From: Vicinamibacteria bacterium
Lineage (GTDB): Bacteria; Acidobacteriota; Vicinamibacteria; Marinacidobacterales; Marinacidobacteraceae
DNA length: 64,000 nucleotides
Direction of reading: 5' to 3'
Assembly (NCBI GenBank): GCA_963422395.1
Contig: OY729431.1
Location: 2,336,001 to 2,400,000 of the forward strand
Shown here: positions 58,474-64,000 of the stretch, one piece after another
Position numbering within the stretch: position 1 is the stretch's first letter
Layout of the letters: every line of letters starts with the position of its first letter
The notes under the pieces: model-generated
Seen by the model: only the letters and a program-made list of their open reading frames with translations
Told to the model about the DNA's origin: nothing
The model's database searches: none
Program-made: the position numbers and the translations under genes

Positions 58474-58932
58474 TCATTCGGTCCGGGCGGGTTCTCCGCT
58501 CTGCTCGAGGGCGGCGCGCAGGGTGTGCCCGGCGAGCGTCGCGCACTTCACCCGCGCCGGGTAGTCGCGGACTCCGGCGAACACCGCGAGTTTTCCCAGC
58601 GTGTGCTCGTGGGCCTCGGATCGGCCGGCGGCCATGCTGCGAAACCGGTCGACCAGCTCGAGGGCGCGGGACTCGGAGAGCCCGGCGAGCGCCTCGGTGA
58701 GCAGCGAGGCCGAGGCGGTCGAGATCGCGCAGCCGTCCCCCGTGAACGAGGCCTGCCGGACCGTCCCGTCTTCCACCCGCAGGAACAGCTGCAGCCGGTC
58801 GCCGCAGAGCGGGTTGAAGCCGCTTCCACTCCGGTTCGCGCCGTCCATCGCGCCGTAGTTCCGAGGGCGGCGGCTGTGGTCGAGGATGACCTCGCGGTAG
58901 AGGTCGCGGACCGATCCGCGGTCCGCGCTCAC
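58474..58932 (-). CDS. sufU: SUF sulfur-transfer protein SufU
   Basis: LYREVILDH, NPLCGD, GCAIS, ARVKCA. Confidence 0.93.
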   Translation of the reverse strand: MSADRGSVRDLYREVILDHSRRPRNYGAMDGANRSGSGFNPLCGDRLQLFLRVEDGTVRQASFTGDGCAISTASASLLTEALAGLSESRALELVDRFRSMAAGRSEAHEHTLGKLAVFAGVRDYPARVKCATLAGHTLRAALEQSGEPARTE

Positions 58933-60164
58933 GGCCGGAAGACCTCGAGGGCGATGCCGAGGCCCGCCGCCAGCCGGTCCACCTCGGCCCGGGTGTTGTA
59001 GAGCCCGAAGGAGGCGCGCGCAGTCGCCGGCACCCCGAAGCGCTCCATGAGCGGCTGAGCGCAGTGGTGTCCGGTGCGCACCGCGACCCCTTCCCGGTCG
59101 AGCACGGTGCCCAGATCGTGCGGGTGGATCCCGTCCACCACGAAGGACACCACTCCCGCCTTCTCGCGGGCGGTCCCGATCAGCCGGAGGCCAGAGATCT
59201 CCGAGAGCCGCTCCTCCGCGTATTCGCGCACGCTCGACTCGTGGCTGCCGACCGCGGGGAATCCGAGATCTTCCAGATAGTCGGCAGCGGCCGCGAGGCC
59301 GACCGGCCCGGCGATGTTCGGCGTCCCAGCCTCGAACTTGGCGGGGGGATCGGCGTAGGTACTGCGCTCGAAGCGAACGGTCCGGATCATCTCGCCGCCT
59401 CCCTGGTAGGGAGGGATCCGTTCGAGCAGGCTCTTCCGGCCCCAGAGCACGCCGATCCCGGAAGGGCCGTACATCTTGTGTCCGGAGAGGACATAGAAGT
59501 CGCAGCCGAGGCGGCGGACATCGATCTTGAGGTGCGGAGCCGCCTGCGCGCCGTCGAGCACGAAGTAGGCGCCGCGCTCTGCGGCGAGCCGCGCGATCTC
59601 CGACACCGGATTCACCGTGCCGAGGGCGTTCGAGACATGCACCACGGAGACGATCTTCGTGCGGTCGGTCAGCCGGGCGGCGAAGCCGTCGAGATCGATC
59701 TCGCCTTCGTCGGTGACCGGAGCCGCCACCAGCCGGGCGCCGGTCCGCTCGGCCACCATCTGCCAGGGCACGATGTTCGAGTGGTGCTCCATCTCGGTCA
59801 GCAGCACTTCGTCGCCCTCGCCGAGCGCGAAGCGGCCGAGGCAGGAAGCCACCAGATTCAGCCCCTCGGTGGTGCCCCGGACGAAGACCACCTCGTCCGC
59901 CGATCCGGCGCCGATGAAATCCGCCATACGGCGCCGGGAGCGCTCGTAGCGTTCCGTGGCGCGCTCGGAGAGCACATGGACGCCCCGGTGGATGTTCGCG
60001 TAGCCGGTTTCGTACACCCGGTTCACCGCGTCGAGCACCCGCTGCGGTTTTTGGGAGCTCGCGGCGTTGTCGAGATAGGCGATCGGCCGGCCGCCCACTT
60101 CCTCGCGGAGGATCGGGAAGTCGGCCCGGACCCGCTCGAGGTCGTAGCCGGGGGCCGCCGTCAT
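58929..60164 (-). CDS. sufS: Cysteine desulfurase SufS
   Basis: YLDNAASSQKP, SGHK, RTGHHCA. Confidence 0.95.
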   Translation of the reverse strand: MTAAPGYDLERVRADFPILREEVGGRPIAYLDNAASSQKPQRVLDAVNRVYETGYANIHRGVHVLSERATERYERSRRRMADFIGAGSADEVVFVRGTTEGLNLVASCLGRFALGEGDEVLLTEMEHHSNIVPWQMVAERTGARLVAAPVTDEGEIDLDGFAARLTDRTKIVSVVHVSNALGTVNPVSEIARLAAERGAYFVLDGAQAAPHLKIDVRRLGCDFYVLSGHKMYGPSGIGVLWGRKSLLERIPPYQGGGEMIRTVRFERSTYADPPAKFEAGTPNIAGPVGLAAAADYLEDLGFPAVGSHESSVREYAEERLSEISGLRLIGTAREKAGVVSFVVDGIHPHDLGTVLDREGVAVRTGHHCAQPLMERFGVPATARASFGLYNTRAEVDRLAAGLGIALEVFRP

Positions 60165-61573
60165 GGCGAAAGCGCGCCCGTGGCGGCGCTCCGGTCTTCG
60201 CGGAGACGGGACAACCCCGCTTCGGCGAGCTCGCGGACCGCCGGCACCGGGACCCGCTCCACCACTTCGCCGGCGAAGGCGCGGAGCAGCAGCTGGCGGG
60301 AGTCCATCCGGCCGAGGCCGCGGGAACGCAGGTAGAAGAGCGCCTCCTCGTCCAGGCGTCCGATCGCCGCGCCGTGGGCGCATCGCACATCGTCGGCGTT
60401 GATTTCGAGGCGGGGCTTCGTGTGCACCCGAGCGGCGTCCGAGAGCAGCAGGTTGCGGTTCGTCTGGCGGGCGTCGGTTCCGATGGCGCCGGGAGCGACC
60501 ACCACCCGGCCGTCGAACACCGCGCGCGCCCGGTCGGTGAGCACATTCTTGAAGAGCTGACGGCTCGCCGAGTTCCGGGCAACGTGGACTGCGAGAGTGT
60601 GCTGGTCGGCTTTCGATATCCCGCGCCCCAGGAAGAGGCCGGCGAAGTCGGCCTCCGCACCCGGGTCGGTCAGCACCGCGGCCTGGTCGTCGCGGACCTG
60701 GGCCTCGCCGAGCGAGAGTACGGTGGAGAAGACGCGCGCGTTCCTCCCCAGGCGAAATGTCGTCCGCGAGGTGTGGATGAGGTTTCCGGTTTCCAGCTCC
60801 AGACGGACGAAGTGGAGCTCGGCGTCTGCACCCACCCGGCAGAGCGTCGTCGGGTTCGTCCAGCCGCCGGTCTCCGAAGCCCCGTCGTGGGCCTCGATCA
60901 CGGTGGCCCGGCTGCCCGGCGCGAGTTCGATGACGGAACGCGGATGCAGCATCCGCGGATGCCCGTCTCCGGTATCCCGCCGCTTCGAGTAGAGGAGGAT
61001 CGGTTCTGCCTCCTCCACCCCCGCCCCGACCGAGACCCGAAAGCCGCCGCCTGCGAGCGCGGCGTTCAGCAGCTCGAGCGGATGTCGATCGAGGGAACGC
61101 CGCAGCGAAGCTCCGAGAGCAGCACCGGTCCCGTTCGCCGCCTCTCCGCCGCCGGGCCATCCCGGCCCGAACCACGGCGGCAGCACCGCTGCTTCGGCGG
61201 CTTCGCCGTCCTCGCTGCCGGGCAGCGTCAGCGCAGCGAAGTGGAGTTCGGGGCTTCGCCGCCCCGCGGCGAGGTCGAAGCAGCGTCCTTCCGACGAGAG
61301 CACCCGATGTCCGAACTCGCGCGTCCACGCGGGAACTCCTTCTTCGCGCTCCGCCCTCGGGGGCCCGGAAAGCGGCGGGTAGGCACGATACTCGGTTCGC
61401 CGGAGCGCATCGAGGTCGGAAAACCGCCATTCCTCGTCGGCGCCGGTCGGGAACCCCCCGCACCGGAAGAACTCCCCGAGGACTTCTGCACGCCGGCGCC
61501 CGTTCGGGCTGCCCGCCAACTGTGGGATCTGCCTCCGGTAGTGCGCTTCGGAGACCGCGGCGGCAGAGGGCAC
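60161..61573 (-). CDS. sufD: Fe-S cluster assembly protein SufD
   Basis: EEWRFS, KPRLEINADDVRCAHG, FYLRSRG; start approximate. Confidence 0.92.
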   Translation of the reverse strand: MPSAAAVSEAHYRRQIPQLAGSPNGRRRAEVLGEFFRCGGFPTGADEEWRFSDLDALRRTEYRAYPPLSGPPRAEREEGVPAWTREFGHRVLSSEGRCFDLAAGRRSPELHFAALTLPGSEDGEAAEAAVLPPWFGPGWPGGGEAANGTGAALGASLRRSLDRHPLELLNAALAGGGFRVSVGAGVEEAEPILLYSKRRDTGDGHPRMLHPRSVIELAPGSRATVIEAHDGASETGGWTNPTTLCRVGADAELHFVRLELETGNLIHTSRTTFRLGRNARVFSTVLSLGEAQVRDDQAAVLTDPGAEADFAGLFLGRGISKADQHTLAVHVARNSASRQLFKNVLTDRARAVFDGRVVVAPGAIGTDARQTNRNLLLSDAARVHTKPRLEINADDVRCAHGAAIGRLDEEALFYLRSRGLGRMDSRQLLLRAFAGEVVERVPVPAVRELAEAGLSRLREDRSAATGALSP

Positions 61574-61580
61574 TTCGGTC

Positions 61581-62335
61581 TCAGACGGGGGCGGGCACGG
61601 CCCCCGCGTACCCCTCGGCTTCGAGCCGGAGCGCGAGTTCCCGGCCACCCGATTCCACGATCCGCCCTTCTCGAAGCACATGCACCCGATCGGGAACGAT
61701 GTGGTTCAGGAGCCGCTGATAGTGGGTGATGACGAGAAAGGACCGGTCCGGCGAGCGCATCCGGTTCACTCCTTCGGCCACGATGCGAAGCGCGTCGATG
61801 TCGAGACCGGAATCCGTCTCGTCGAGGACCGCGAGGGTCGGCTCCAGCACCGTCAGCTGGAGGATTTCGTTGCGTTTCTTCTCGCCCCCGGAAAATCCTT
61901 CGTTCACCGGCCGCTTCACCAGGTCCTGATCGAAGTCGAGCAGCTGCACCCGGTCGTGCATCAGACTCAGGAAGTCCACCGCGTCGAGTTCGGGCTCGCC
62001 GCGGTGCTTGCGGATCTCGTTGACCGCCGCCTTCAGGAAGTAGGTGTTGTTCACGCCCGGAATCTCGACCGGATACTGGAAGGCGAGGAAGATGCCGCGC
62101 CGCGCCCGCTCTTCGGGGGCCAGCCCGCCGAGGTCCTCGCCCCGGTAGCGGATCTCGCCGGCGGTGATCTCGTATCCATCCCGGCCCGCGATCACATGCG
62201 CGAGGGTGCTCTTGCCCGAACCGTTCGGACCCATCACCGCATGGGTTTCGCCGGCCGGGATTTCGAGATCGAGGCCGCGGAGGATCTCCTTGCCCTCGAC
62301 GGCGGCGGAGAGGCCGCGGATTTCGAGCAGGCTCG

Positions 62336-62339
<4 letters not shown>
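61581..62339 (-). CDS. sufC: Fe-S cluster assembly ATPase SufC
   Basis: [25 protein letters not shown]. Confidence 0.95.
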
Positions 62340-63802
<1,463 letters not shown>

Positions 63803-63813
63803 GGAGGAGGTCG

Positions 63814-64000
63814 CTATTGCAGAACGGGGAGCTCCGGACCGCCGGGGCGGCGGCCGGGAATCGCCGAGTCGGCGAGGATCTCGGCGAGGGTCAGATCGGA
63901 GAGGGTCGAAAGGAGGCGCTCGTGGATCCGGGTCAGCGGGGTGCGCACCGAGCAGGTGGAAGTGAGGAGGCAGTTGTGGTCCTCGAGGACGCATTCGATG
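63814..64000 (-). CDS. Rrf2 family SUF regulator, 3' part only
   Basis: [16 protein letters not shown]...[10 protein letters not shown]; three Cys Fe-S ligands; directly upstream of sufB. Confidence 0.8.
   Translation of the reverse strand, partial: IECVLEDHNCLLTSTCSVRTPLTRIHERLLSTLSDLTLAEILADSAIPGRRPGGPELPVLQ

Overview
GC-rich bacterial chromosome segment, probably Acidobacteriota (inferred from an acidobacterial-type VWA protein, an ADOP permease relic and the TPR and PQQ-propeller proteins). Core and metabolic genes: rubrerythrin-FeS oxidoreductase-DUF3501, soxCD-like, glnS, gltX, two ggt, a TonB-dependent heme-type receptor, S9/M55 peptidases, a MoxR-DUF58-VWA operon, msrB-tauE-metX-metY, mnmA, cca and a suf operon. 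A decayed accessory island spans about 43.1-50.1 kb (two VapBC-type modules, IS remnants, an RM methyltransferase relic, SocA-like/DUF2335 genes). Signals missed by the ORF track: (1) an ArsC/Spx-like selenoprotein with UxxC and a SECIS-like hairpin; (2) a divergent hicB-hicA-like module with a frameshifted toxin and an ssrA-like antitoxin tail; (3) tandem NrdR-type boxes ahead of a methionine operon with no nrd gene; (4) three copies of a structured MITE whose ends both match the right end of an IS remnant; (5) a duplicated 3' end of a DUF5107/TPR gene flanking a cargo block; (6) an uncharacterised membrane coiled-coil plus VWA-like lipoprotein pair. Family calls come from motif recognition only; no database searches were run.
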